This document shows positions 62,386 to 64,000 of a stretch of 64,000 nt of DNA, piece after piece (the first letter of the stretch is position 1; every line of letters starts with the position of its first letter). The stretch is from the NCBI GenBank assembly GCA_012295275.1, contig CM022670.1:20708001-20772000 (forward strand), read 5' to 3'. The stretch is from Chrysomallon squamiferum. Its lineage: Eukaryota; Animalia; Mollusca. Position numbers and translations under genes: made by a program. The notes below the pieces were generated by a model. That model saw only the letters and a list, made by a program, of their open reading frames with translations. It was not told the DNA's origin and searched no databases.

Positions 62386-63207
62386 CGACCACGACGATGA
62401 TGATGATGATAATGACTACGAAAATGACGATAATAAAGATGCTAAAATGATGTAAAAATAAATATCACATATTTATTAAACTGTTATTTTAATATAATAA
62501 TATGTTGTATTGTTGTCTGAATAACAGAGATAAAACATAAATATCAACAAACAGACATACAGACGTGCAAGGAAAACAGAATATAAAAAAAAACAAATTA
62601 ACAATCTGTACATAACTTGAGATTTGTAACAGTCCCATATAGTTTTCATTTTGCAGGGATTAAAATATTAATGGGCGACAAAAGTCTGTTACTAAGGAAA
62701 TAACAAATCGATTTATGTTTATTAACTGCAGACAATGCAAACGCTGCATCAATTCGTAATATTGTTTGCGTACTGTTTTGAACGCCTACCTTTACACTTT
62801 CGGAACTATTCGGAAATACCATAGGGAGTATTTTGTATATATGTATGTATGCATGCATATGTGTGTGTGTGTATGTGTGCATGTATGGTAATATCTACGT
62901 ATGTAGGAAGTAATTAGCTGTGTGTATTTGTGCACAAACGCACTGGTATTGTTATGTTTATAGTTGTAAGCGCCGTAAAACGGTGGAAAACTGAACACAT
63001 TCAGAAATAAACCATCACTATTGTTCATTTAATAGCACTGCAAATGCGCTAAAGCTATTACTAATTATTTATCTAACTGTACTAAGAAAAAAAAAAACCT
63101 GTCACAAATAAACTAAAGCGAACTATATAGACATATTCTGGAAAATTAGTCATTTTATAAAACATGTAATCAAATAGTCTCTGATCCAAAAACTACAACC
63201 AAACAAA

Positions 63208-64000
63208 CTATTTAATAATATTAGCATTGCCATAATAAATATATCTGAATATTTCACCGACAGTATTGTTGATTCTCTTTGATATTTTCTGGATCATATT
63301 TTTCTGATCTCAGTTTCGACCACAAGTGTACAACGTAATTCTTTTTCTTCCAGTCGTAAATTTTCCCAGTACCATAGAGCACATTCAGACCTTCCTCACT
63401 CCAGTTAGGTCGACACAGGGAGGTTTCTTCAGTGTGTAATTAAGTTTTTGTGTCGAAGGGCTATTTTCGCAGGCACTAATATGGCATGTTCAGCCCAATT
63501 TGTATCATCAAAAGTCTTGTACTTCGAATGCCACAGTTTCATGAATTCTGCCCAAGGTGTGGCTATGATTGTACTGCTACCTAGTCCATAAGATGTTTCG
63601 TATCCCATTACTGTCTCGTATTTGAGCAAAGGATCCAGAGGATTCACAACAAAAGAATCCAAATCAAAATACATTCCTCCAAATTCCAAGATGGCCTCAA
63701 TTCTAATAACATCTGATTTATGTTCTAACACATTCACTGGTCTTCCGTATATTTCTTTTGGAATTTCTCTCTGAATGAGATATAGGTTTTTAACCTTTAG
63801 CAGTAGTTCATCAAAATATTTTCCTTCAGGAAAACTATCAATCCACAAAAAAATTCGTTTGGGTTTAATAAATCTTTGTGCAGCTAAAATGGCTACCAAA
63901 GCCTTAAACTGAAACATTTTTTTCTTCGGTCCAAGATGAGACAACCAAATGAAATGAACCAAACTAGGAACAACGGTTTTCTCGTGGGTTATATTTCTAG
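63208..64000 (-). pseudogene. Near-identical inverted paralog of the 51158..52252 glycosyltransferase with two 1-nt insertions (5' end outside the window)
   Basis: Protein almost identical over 63440-64000. Extra base at ~63437 (attAcacact vs attcacact) and at ~63276 (aaagAgaatc vs aaaggaatg). The corrected frame ends FRYIYYGNANIIK* at 63208. Confidence 0.85.

Overview
AT-rich, microsatellite-laden eukaryotic DNA with spliceosomal introns, most likely an invertebrate animal (mollusc/lophotrochozoan is my guess and cannot be proven from the sequence). Contents, left to right: (1) the first coding exon of a type II membrane protein running off the left edge on the minus strand; (2) a decayed tandem duplication (~1.6-15.4 kb) with two pseudogenes of a DXD-type (GT32-like) glycosyltransferase; (3) a 20-coding-exon, ~919 aa gene (18039-40935, +) that fuses a kinesin motor domain with degenerate switch I/II motifs to a CCDC78-like coiled-coil C-terminus; (4) a ~4.5 kb endogenous viral element with a parvovirus-type NS1 SF3 helicase (mostly missed by the ORF track) flanked by unrecognised virus-like ORFs; (5) an intact GT32-like gene (51158-52252, +); (6) a ~2.4 kb 19-bp satellite with higher-order structure; (7) a two-exon rhodopsin-family GPCR (-) with DLY and NPxxF motifs and a frameshifted tail; (8) a near-identical inverted copy of the GT32-like gene with two 1-nt insertions at the right edge. 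All exon structures and translations were read by hand; no database search was run.
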